DNA of 64,000 bases from Chitinophagales bacterium (GTDB lineage: Bacteria; Bacteroidota; Bacteroidia; Chitinophagales; BACL12): contig JBJXHH010000131.1 of the NCBI GenBank assembly GCA_046160675.1, forward strand, positions 6,198-70,197. The letters run 5' to 3'. A model generated the notes under the pieces. The model searched no databases, was not told the origin of the DNA, and saw only the letters and a list, made by a program, of their open reading frames with translations. Below, one piece after another: positions 56,512 to 64,000 of the stretch. The position numbers were made by a program, and so were the translations under genes. The stretch's first letter is position 1. Every line of letters begins with the position of its first letter.

Positions 56512-59412
56512 ATGAAGCAGTTATTCTTTTTTCTTGCAATAGCTCTTTTCACCAGTCAAACACTTATAGCACAGCTGTTTCCCTATAGGCAATACAGCTC
56601 AGACGGAGAACTTGTAAATTCAAATGTAAATGCCATGATGCAAGATGCGGAGGGGTATATTTGGTTTGCAACAGATAATGGGTTAAGTCGTTTTGATGGG
56701 AGTAAATCAAACAACTATGGAATAGAAAACGGCTTGCCAGTCAATTCTATCCTGTCAATAACTTCAGATGAGCGAGGGAATATTTATGCAGGGGCAAAGC
56801 GAAAAGGTATTTATAAGTTTTCAAATACAAAATTCAGAGAGGAGATAATTGACCCAACTTCTGTTTTAAGTAATCATCAGATAATTAAAGGAAAAGATTT
56901 TTTGTACTCCTTAAGGCGTATGCATAAAATTGCCGCAATAAACAGTACAAAGACTACTGTATGCAATGTTCTGTTCCCTAAAGAAGTTAAGCCCCTTTGC
57001 CTATTTAAAGACTTTTCAGGAAACATTTTCGCTGGTACCACAAAAGGGCTTTTTAAAATCACTGATACCTCTGCCCAGAAGATAGGCATTCCGGAATTAG
57101 ATAATAAAATGATAGAGTACTTAACGGGAAAAGGGGATGAAATTTTTATTGCTGCGGGAAATTCAATTTATTGTTTGAAAGATTTAATTCTCAAGCAAAA
57201 GTTAGAAATACATGCACTGCAACCTGCAGAAACAATTCAAAATTTCCTGGTTGACAACTATAACAATATCTGGTTTTCTACAAAAAACAATAACCGTGTA
57301 TACGTAAAAACAAACACTCAAACACTCAGGCTTGATGAGGTCATAAAACTGCAAGGGGCTCCTGTAAATTATTTTATGAGTGATAGTGAAGGAAATGTTT
57401 GGATGGCTACTCTTGGTAAAGGAGCTTTTTGTTTTCATAGTATGTATTGCGAGAATTTTAATGAAGTAAACGGATTGTCTGTCCCTTATATTACAAAATT
57501 GAAAAGGGGAACAGGCGGCAATGATTTATTCATTGGCACAACCAATGGGGTGTTTTATTTTGACATGAAAAACTTTTCACAGCTTAAACATACAACAGGT
57601 GAACATGAACAAGTTGTTGAGATGACTTTAACAGGAAATGAATTGAACATCTGCAAGGCAAACACATCTAAAAGAAATGAAGGCCTAACAAAACTCTCCA
57701 ACTATACAATCCGGTATAAGAATGCAAGCATCTATTATGTAACAACTGATGGCTCAATAATTACGGGTAAATGGAACAATACAGTTTATAGGGAGCGAAA
57801 TGGAAAAATTGATTCTATTTTGTTAAGCAGCACCTTGAAATCAAATAAAATAACTTCGATTTATGAAACAACAGAGGGTGAGCTCATTTGCGGAACAAAC
57901 AATGGTTTATACAAAATATTTCACGATAACAAGGTTGTGAAGTATGAGCAAAGTGAACTGAATACAGTTATTACATGCATTAGTGCTGATGCTATGGGCC
58001 AGCTTTGGATTGGAACACTCACAGGAGTTGTTGTTTTAAAAGATAGTGAGGTTCAGTTTACATGGACCCCCGGTGGAAAAGCTGTAACTACGATCACTTC
58101 TATTGTTTTTGATAAAAAAAACAGGGCATGGGCAGGTTCTCTCACAGGCTTGTACCTGATTTCGAACACAAACGATTACATTTTATTTTCTTCAAAAACA
58201 TGTTTGTTAAATGATGAAATTTCTTCCTTGGTTTATGAGGCAGAAAAAAATGTTGTATGGGTAGGCACAAACGGGGGGTTGAGTAGAATTGATGTTTCCA
58301 GATTTGATGCTTTTAAAACATACACCCCAAATGCAATTTTTAAAAACATCCGTACTCAAGATGCGACAACAAGAATCCCGGCAGATACTACCCTTCCTTA
58401 CAATCGAAATAATTTTACTGTACGCTTTTCAGCAATTCACTTTACAAATCCGGCGGGTATAAAATTCTGGTTCAGGTTAGACAACGCAAACTGGCAACAG
58501 GCAACGGGCAGACAAGTGGAACTTGCCGGGCTGCCTTACGGGAAGCACAGCATTTCAATTGTTGCAGATAACGATAGGGGAGAAAGGGGTGTGGAAAGTA
58601 CAATCTCCATCACAATCCAAACACCCTTTTGGGCAACCTGGTGGTTTAAATCACTCATAGGTTTCTTAGTGCTCAGTGTTGCATTTTTATTGATTCGATG
58701 GAGGTTCGTTTATAAAAGCAGAAAACAAAAAGAACAACTTGAACTTCAAAATAAAATTTCTGAACTCCGACACCAGGCCTTGAATGCATCCATGAACCCG
58801 CATTTTATTTTTAACTCCCTCAACTCCATTCAACAATTCATAAATACACATAACACCGAAGATGCCAGTGAATATCTCGGAAAATTCGCAAGACTCATCC
58901 GTTTGCAATTAAACAGCGGGAATCAGACCTTTATTACTCTTGAGGAAGAACTGGATATGTTAAACAGATATCTTGAATTGGAGAAGATCAGGTTTGGAAA
59001 AAAACTGAATTACTCTATTCACAAGGAGGAAAAAATTGATACAAAAAATACCTATCTCCCCAACATGATATTACAGCCATTTGTGGAAAATGCGCTCTGG
59101 CATGGCATCTTGCCCATGGAACATGCTGGTAACATAAAAATTGATTTTTCAAAACAAAATGGGTTTTTGAAAGTGTTGATTGATGATGATGGTATTGGTA
59201 TCAGGGAAAGTGAAAGGAGGAAGAAAGACCACCACCGCTCACTTGGCATGCAAATGATACTTGAACGGATTCAACTACTAAAAAAACTAGGTGGGAATGA
59301 TATAGTAATAGAAGTATCAGATAAATCAGAATTCAGCGAAAGCCTCCAGGGAACCAGGGTTGAAATAAGACTTTCAGCCCAAAACAATCCTGCTTTAACC
59401 CCGCTTGCCTAA
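56512..59412 (+). CDS. Sensor histidine kinase with periplasmic two-component-regulator beta-propeller/Y_Y_Y domain (LytS/YehU-type kinase core)
   Basis: 966 aa with a signal peptide and repeated propeller blades (GYIWFATDNGLSRFDG, NVWMATLGKGAF, LWIGTLTGVVV, VVWVGTNGGLSRID). One TM helix follows, then His_kinase motif NPHFIFNSLNSI and HATPase (DDDGIGI). Confidence 0.88.
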   Translation: MKQLFFFLAIALFTSQTLIAQLFPYRQYSSDGELVNSNVNAMMQDAEGYIWFATDNGLSRFDGSKSNNYGIENGLPVNSILSITSDERGNIYAGAKRKGIYKFSNTKFREEIIDPTSVLSNHQIIKGKDFLYSLRRMHKIAAINSTKTTVCNVLFPKEVKPLCLFKDFSGNIFAGTTKGLFKITDTSAQKIGIPELDNKMIEYLTGKGDEIFIAAGNSIYCLKDLILKQKLEIHALQPAETIQNFLVDNYNNIWFSTKNNNRVYVKTNTQTLRLDEVIKLQGAPVNYFMSDSEGNVWMATLGKGAFCFHSMYCENFNEVNGLSVPYITKLKRGTGGNDLFIGTTNGVFYFDMKNFSQLKHTTGEHEQVVEMTLTGNELNICKANTSKRNEGLTKLSNYTIRYKNASIYYVTTDGSIITGKWNNTVYRERNGKIDSILLSSTLKSNKITSIYETTEGELICGTNNGLYKIFHDNKVVKYEQSELNTVITCISADAMGQLWIGTLTGVVVLKDSEVQFTWTPGGKAVTTITSIVFDKKNRAWAGSLTGLYLISNTNDYILFSSKTCLLNDEISSLVYEAEKNVVWVGTNGGLSRIDVSRFDAFKTYTPNAIFKNIRTQDATTRIPADTTLPYNRNNFTVRFSAIHFTNPAGIKFWFRLDNANWQQATGRQVELAGLPYGKHSISIVADNDRGERGVESTISITIQTPFWATWWFKSLIGFLVLSVAFLLIRWRFVYKSRKQKEQLELQNKISELRHQALNASMNPHFIFNSLNSIQQFINTHNTEDASEYLGKFARLIRLQLNSGNQTFITLEEELDMLNRYLELEKIRFGKKLNYSIHKEEKIDTKNTYLPNMILQPFVENALWHGILPMEHAGNIKIDFSKQNGFLKVLIDDDGIGIRESERRKKDHHRSLGMQMILERIQLLKKLGGNDIVIEVSDKSEFSESLQGTRVEIRLSAQNNPALTPLA

Positions 59413-59557
59413 TTCATTAAGGCATTTCACCCAGTTTCTTTCGGGCTTCCCTCAAAGTGGGTTGCCGGCTGTGTTTTTCCTTTATTTCTTTACACCATCA
59501 CAATGAACAAACACACATCCACTTGAAACACAACCCTTGAAAACACCATGAACACAC

Positions 59558-59588
59558 AAACCCGCTGAACCCCTTCAGCGGGTTTTTA
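59558..59588 (+). terminator. Rho-independent terminator about 150 nt downstream of the kinase stop
   Basis: 9-bp stem cccgctgaa / ttcagcggg with loop cccc, followed by ttttt. Confidence 0.8.
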
Positions 59589-59629
59589 AAAGAAATTTTT
59601 CCTCTCTATACTGAACATTATGATGTTCA

Positions 59630-59665
59630 GTAAAAAGAAAAGGCAGGTGAAACCCATCCTGCCTT
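59630..59665 (-). terminator. Rho-independent terminator of infB
   Basis: The minus strand reads aaggcagg-atgggtttca-cctgcctt followed by ttctttttac, 32 nt after the infB stop. Confidence 0.75.
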
Positions 59666-59696
59666 TCTTGTTGTAGATTAAATACCTGTCAAAGAA

Positions 59697-62435
59697 TTAT
59701 AGCGTCCTTCTTACTTCTACTTCCTCATATCCTTCTATCACATCACCCACTTCGATATCATTAAAGTTATTAATGTTTAAGCCGCATTCCATGCCTGCAG
59801 TCACATCCTTCACATCATCTTTGAAGCGTTTTAGTGAAGCAAGTGATCCGGTGTGCAATACAACGCCATTCCTGAGTAACCGTATTTTTGTATTTCTTGT
59901 AATCTTTCCTTCCTGCACTAGGCATCCGGCAATGGTTCCCACTTTGCTTATCTTAAAGACTTCCCGAACTTCAACAGAACAAGTAATTTTTTCTTCAGTT
60001 TTTGGTGCAAGTAAACCTTCCATGGCAGCTTTCACTTCTTCTATCGCATTGTAAATAATGCTATACATTCTTATTTCCACACCTTCTTTCTCTGCCAGTT
60101 TTCTTACACTTGATGAAGGACGAACCTGGAAACCAACGATGATTGCATCAGATGCACTGGCCAGCATAACATCACTTTCAGTAATTTGTCCAACTCCTTT
60201 GAAAATAATATTTACCTGTACTTCCGGTGTTGTAAGTTTTTGTAAACTATCTGTAAGGGCTTCGGCTGAACCGTCAACGTCTGCTTTAATTATAATATTC
60301 AGCTCTCGGAAAGTACCTAAAGCTTTTCTTCTTCCAATTTCTTCTAATGTAATATGTTTTCTAGTTCTGATACCTTGCTCACGGATGATTTGCATGCGTT
60401 TAGTTGCTATCGCTTTTGCCTCATCTTCATCTGCATAAACTTTAAACTTTTCCCCTGCCTGTGGAGCGCCGTTCAGCCCGAGAACAAGTACAGGGGTAGA
60501 AGGACCGGCTGATGTAACCTTGTAATTTCTTTCGTTGAACATGGCTTTCACCCTACCAAAGAATGGCCCGCTCACCATCATATCACCCACTTCAAGGGTT
60601 CCTTCCTGTACCATGATGTTACTGATATAACCTCTTCCCTTGTCGAGGAAAGCTTCTATAATGGTTCCGTTTGAAAGTTTTTTAGCATTTGCTTTCAGGT
60701 CGAGCAGTTCAGCTTCCAGCAATATTTTTTCAAGCAAAGTATCAACGTTCATTCCTGATTTCGCCGAAATTTCCTGGCTCTGGAATTTTCCACCCCAGTC
60801 TTCCAACAGGATATTCATTTGTGAAAGTTGTTCTTTTATTTTATCAGAATTAGCGCCCGGTTTGTCAATTTTATTGATGGCAAAAATCATGGGTACGCCT
60901 GCTGCTTGTGCATGGCTTATTGCTTCTCGGGTTTGGGGCATCACCTGGTCGTCAGCAGCAATTACAATTACTGCAATGTCAGTGAGCTTGGCGCCCCTTG
61001 CCCTCATTGCGGTGAATGCTTCATGCCCAGGAGTATCTAAGAAAGCAATCTTTCTTTCATTTGGTAACATTACTTCATATGCACCAATATGCTGGGTTAT
61101 CCCCCCTTTTTCACCGGCAACTACATTTGTTTCACGGATATAATCAAGCAGGGATGTTTTTCCATGGTCAACATGCCCCATAATAGTAACGATAGGTGGT
61201 CGGTTAACAAGTAAAGCAGGGTCATCCACTTCTTCTTCTTCTTCATTTGCTTCTTTAGTGGCGTCTATAAAAGATATTTTGAAACCAAATTCTTCACCCA
61301 GCAATTCCAGGATCTCTGCATCCAATCTTTGATTAATGGAAACCATCATCCCGAGATTAAAACATTTTTGTACCAGTTCAGATGCTGATACATTCATTAA
61401 ACTTGCAAGTTCTGAAAGCGATGTAAATTCTGCTACCTGCAACACATTGCTTTGTGCTGCTTTTGCAATTTCATCTGTATCCTCCCGTTTTTGCTTTTTG
61501 AATTTTGGCTTTCCTTGCCTTCCCCTGCCGCTTAATTTTGCAAGGGTATTGCGGATTTGCTCCTGGATGATTCTTTCTTGTTCTGAGGGGTCAACTAATG
61601 GTTTACGGTCTGTTCTTCCTCTATCCTGTTGCTGCCTGTCGTCTCGTCTTTCTTCTTCCCTTACTTTTTCAACATTTATTTTTTCGCCGCCTTTTTTTAT
61701 CCGTTTTCGTTTTTTCCTATCGCCATCCTGCTGATTGCCATGCCGGGGAGGAAAATCCTTTTTCTTTTCAGGTTTCTTTTCTTCTTTGAGTTCAATTTTG
61801 CCCATAATCTTAGGGCCTTCTAAAGTGACCTTCTTGCGTTCAATCATTTCTCTTTTATCAACTTCTTCAACTGGAGCGATCACTTCCGGTTTTACTACTT
61901 CTTCCTTAACTTCTATTGGGACAGGTGTTTCTTCTTCTGTAGTTTTCTTTTTTATTTTTTTTGCTGCAGGCTTTTCTTCTGTTACTTCCTCTTCCTGCTT
62001 CTTGCTTTTCTTCGGTTTTTCAAGATCAATCTTTCCAACAACTTTTGTTTCAACTTTCTTCTTGAGTGTTTTTATTTCTTCAACCGCTATTTCTTCCGGT
62101 TTATCCTCGGGTTTTTCCGATTCTTTTTTTGTAATCTTTTCTTCAATAACTTTTTGGGGTACTACTTCAGGTTCTGCTTTTATTTTCTCGATTGTTTCTT
62201 CCGGTTTATCAATTTTGCGGGCAACACCAATATTTACAAGGTCAGCTTTTTCTTTCATCGCCTTGTCTTTGCCATACTCTTTCAGTAAGAGGTTGTACAT
62301 CTCTTCAGAAAGTTTTGTTGTTGGCTTATTGTCAACAGTAAAACCCTTACTATTTAACAGCTCAACAATATGTGGTATTGCTACGTTAAATTCGCCGGCG
62401 GCTTTTGCTAATCGTATGCTTTTTTCTTCTGCCAT
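59697..62435 (-). CDS. infB: Translation initiation factor IF-2
   Basis: I prefer ATG at 62435 ([18 protein letters not shown]...), giving 912 aa. Lys/Glu/Pro-rich N-terminal region, then G-domain [24 protein letters not shown] and C-terminal IF-2 domains. Confidence 0.95.
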   Translation of the reverse strand: MAEEKSIRLAKAAGEFNVAIPHIVELLNSKGFTVDNKPTTKLSEEMYNLLLKEYGKDKAMKEKADLVNIGVARKIDKPEETIEKIKAEPEVVPQKVIEEKITKKESEKPEDKPEEIAVEEIKTLKKKVETKVVGKIDLEKPKKSKKQEEEVTEEKPAAKKIKKKTTEEETPVPIEVKEEVVKPEVIAPVEEVDKREMIERKKVTLEGPKIMGKIELKEEKKPEKKKDFPPRHGNQQDGDRKKRKRIKKGGEKINVEKVREEERRDDRQQQDRGRTDRKPLVDPSEQERIIQEQIRNTLAKLSGRGRQGKPKFKKQKREDTDEIAKAAQSNVLQVAEFTSLSELASLMNVSASELVQKCFNLGMMVSINQRLDAEILELLGEEFGFKISFIDATKEANEEEEEVDDPALLVNRPPIVTIMGHVDHGKTSLLDYIRETNVVAGEKGGITQHIGAYEVMLPNERKIAFLDTPGHEAFTAMRARGAKLTDIAVIVIAADDQVMPQTREAISHAQAAGVPMIFAINKIDKPGANSDKIKEQLSQMNILLEDWGGKFQSQEISAKSGMNVDTLLEKILLEAELLDLKANAKKLSNGTIIEAFLDKGRGYISNIMVQEGTLEVGDMMVSGPFFGRVKAMFNERNYKVTSAGPSTPVLVLGLNGAPQAGEKFKVYADEDEAKAIATKRMQIIREQGIRTRKHITLEEIGRRKALGTFRELNIIIKADVDGSAEALTDSLQKLTTPEVQVNIIFKGVGQITESDVMLASASDAIIVGFQVRPSSSVRKLAEKEGVEIRMYSIIYNAIEEVKAAMEGLLAPKTEEKITCSVEVREVFKISKVGTIAGCLVQEGKITRNTKIRLLRNGVVLHTGSLASLKRFKDDVKDVTAGMECGLNINNFNDIEVGDVIEGYEEVEVRRTL

Positions 62436-62514
62436 GCTTTTCCATCTTTTCCGCATGAAGCGGAGAGAAATTGGTTTTTTGTATGAATTAAATTTTATTA
62501 ACAGTTTTTTTAAA

Positions 62515-63756
62515 CTATTCACCATCGAACTCACTCTTGAGAATTCGTAAAATTTCTTTTACTGTTTCTTCTTCAAGGTCTGTTCTTCGCACTAATTCTT
62601 CGGCGCTCAACTCCAATACGCTTTTCGCAGTATCGCATCCGATAGCTTTTAACTCATCAATTATCCATTCATCAATCTCATCTGAAAATTCATCCAGGTC
62701 AACATCATACTCTTCGTCATCAGTATCCCGGAACACATCTATATCGAAGCCTGTGAGTTGGCAGGCTAGTTTAATATTTAGCCCGCCTTTGCCAATTGCT
62801 AATGAAACCTGATCAGGGTTAAGATATACACTTGCTTTTTTCGTCTCATTATCAAGTTCTATTGAATTGATCTTTGCAGGGCTTAATGCTCTCTGAATGA
62901 GCAGGTTCATATTGTTTGTATAGTTGATGATATCAATATTTTCATTCCGCAGTTCTCTCACAATACCATGGATCCTTGATCCTTTCATACCAACACATGC
63001 ACCAACCGGGTCAATCCTGTCATCATAAGATTCCACAGCAACCTTTGCCCGTTCACCCGGTGCCCTTACAATTTTTCTAATTGCGATAAGTCCATCAAAT
63101 ACTTCGGGAACTTCCTGTTCCAGCAATTTTGCAAGAAAACTTCCATCTGTTCTTGAAAGAATTACAAGAGGCGAATTGTTTTTAAAGTCTACTTTTTTTA
63201 CCACTGCCCGAATGGTATCTCCTTTTTTATAGTTGTCTGAGGGAATCATTTCTCCTTTCGGTAACAATAGTTCATTGCCGTCATCATCCAGTAAGAGTAC
63301 TTCTCTTTTCCAAACCTGGTATACTTCCCCGGTAACTATATCACCAACCCTGTCATTGTATTTCTTAAAGATCTCATCTTTTTCCAGTTCTAATATTTTC
63401 TGTACTAATGCCTGCCGAGCAGATAGAATGGCCCTGCGTCCGAAACTTTCAATGCTGATCTCTTCATAAGTTTCTTCGCCAACGGAAAAATCGGGTTCGA
63501 TTTTTAATGCATCACTTAATGCAATTTGTGAGTTTGAATCTTCAACGGCGCCATCTTCTACTATTGTTCTGCGGTGCCAAATCTCCAGGTCACCCTTTTC
63601 TGTGTTTACTATCACATCAAAGTTTTCATCAGAAGTATATTTTTTTCTAAGTATAGCCCTGAAGATATCTTCCAGCACTTTCATGAGCGTTGGCCTGTCT
63701 ATGTTCTTGATATCCTTAAATTCACTGAAGGATTCTACAAGTTGTAAACTGTTCAT
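62515..63756 (-). CDS. nusA: Transcription termination/antitermination factor NusA
   Basis: 413 aa with the N-terminal RNAP-binding domain, S1 ([11 protein letters not shown]), two KH domains ([22 protein letters not shown]) and an acidic C-terminal region. Confidence 0.95.
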   Translation of the reverse strand: MNSLQLVESFSEFKDIKNIDRPTLMKVLEDIFRAILRKKYTSDENFDVIVNTEKGDLEIWHRRTIVEDGAVEDSNSQIALSDALKIEPDFSVGEETYEEISIESFGRRAILSARQALVQKILELEKDEIFKKYNDRVGDIVTGEVYQVWKREVLLLDDDGNELLLPKGEMIPSDNYKKGDTIRAVVKKVDFKNNSPLVILSRTDGSFLAKLLEQEVPEVFDGLIAIRKIVRAPGERAKVAVESYDDRIDPVGACVGMKGSRIHGIVRELRNENIDIINYTNNMNLLIQRALSPAKINSIELDNETKKASVYLNPDQVSLAIGKGGLNIKLACQLTGFDIDVFRDTDDEEYDVDLDEFSDEIDEWIIDELKAIGCDTAKSVLELSAEELVRRTDLEEETVKEILRILKSEFDGE

Positions 63757-63818
63757 GTTATTACTCGTTATTTGTTATTTGAATGATATAAATAGATTCT
63801 TAGTTTAATTTGTTTTTA

Positions 63819-64000
63819 TTATTTAAAAACAACTTTCTTTTTTACTGATTTTATTTCTGTGAATGCTATTTTTTGCATCTCAGAATCTGGCAACATTCCC
63901 TTTTTTTTCGAGGGGTGTTGGATTTCAATTGTCAACTCTTTTTGATCAGCGGCTCTCAGGATTCCCTCTTTTTTAAGCCCGCTAAGCATGAGTATCTCTA
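63819..64000 (-). CDS. rimP: 3' part of the ribosome maturation factor RimP gene (runs off the window)
   Basis: My minus-strand translation from 63998 gives EILMLSGLKKEGILRAADQKELTIEIQHPSKKKGMLPDSEMQKIAFTEIKSVKKKVVFK*, with the stop at 63821-63819. The position immediately upstream of nusA-infB fits the conserved rimP-nusA-infB operon. Confidence 0.55.
   Translation of the reverse strand, partial: EILMLSGLKKEGILRAADQKELTIEIQHPSKKKGMLPDSEMQKIAFTEIKSVKKKVVFK

Noticed and set aside
62436-62534. 33-codon upstream extension of infB (listed start 62534) overlapping the nusA stop
   Set aside because: The IF-2 N-terminus [18 protein letters not shown] at 62435 matches the conserved IF2_N start. The extension ([20 protein letters not shown]...) looks non-coding.
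61735-62550. 271-aa plus-strand ORF (and shorter ones at 61336-61823) antisense to infB
   Set aside because: It lies opposite the Lys/Glu-rich repetitive N-terminal region of IF-2. AAG/GAA-rich codons read as stop-free Phe/Ser/Leu codons on the other strand, so this is a compositional artefact.
1-64000. Scan by eye for rRNA, tRNA, CRISPR arrays, IS elements, integrases and known defence modules
   Set aside because: I saw no regularly spaced direct repeats. I saw no transposase, integrase, recombinase, reverse transcriptase or nuclease-ATPase defence genes, and no tRNA-like or rRNA-like stretches in the few intergenic regions over 150 bp. This was done by eye only. tRNAscan-SE, Infernal and a defence-system finder should confirm it.

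Overview
This is a densely packed chromosomal segment that looks like a Bacteroidota genome. It is AT-rich by eye (not computed). Four proteins carry T9SS C-terminal sorting domains, there are many lipoproteins, and no Shine-Dalgarno-like leaders are apparent. TAnnTT(T/C)G boxes recur upstream of genes. I can support about 55 protein-coding genes, mostly housekeeping or envelope functions: SurA-like PPIase, MoxR ATPase, PurF, PurQ, KorAB 2-oxoglutarate:ferredoxin oxidoreductase, RecA, RecJ, LptB, the rimP-nusA-infB operon, a DsbD-family reductase, kynurenine 3-monooxygenase, an AsmA-like/DUF748/YihY envelope operon, a peptide-type ABC importer (binding protein plus two permeases), and two two-component loci. 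I found no rRNA, tRNA, CRISPR array, transposase or integrase, and no recognisable phage-defence module. I do not see a clear-cut new multi-gene system. The strongest single observation is a secreted multidomain protein (24419-26458). Its N-terminal domain is colinear with the copper/LTQ catalytic domain of animal lysyl oxidase and it ends in a T9SS sorting domain. It lies about 1.5 kb from an ACE-like M2 peptidase, with recA between them. Secondary observations: an ATPase-less ABC importer operon with oversized permeases and two unknown envelope proteins; a GH3-family adenylating enzyme packed against a LytTR regulator and beta-propeller histidine kinase; a methyltransferase split by a 1-nt frameshift; a 51-aa membrane protein gene missed by the ORF track; a permease whose conserved N-terminus lacks a canonical start codon; and several repeat- or terminator-bearing intergenic regions that could encode small RNAs. 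All family assignments come from motif recognition by eye and need HMM or BLAST confirmation.
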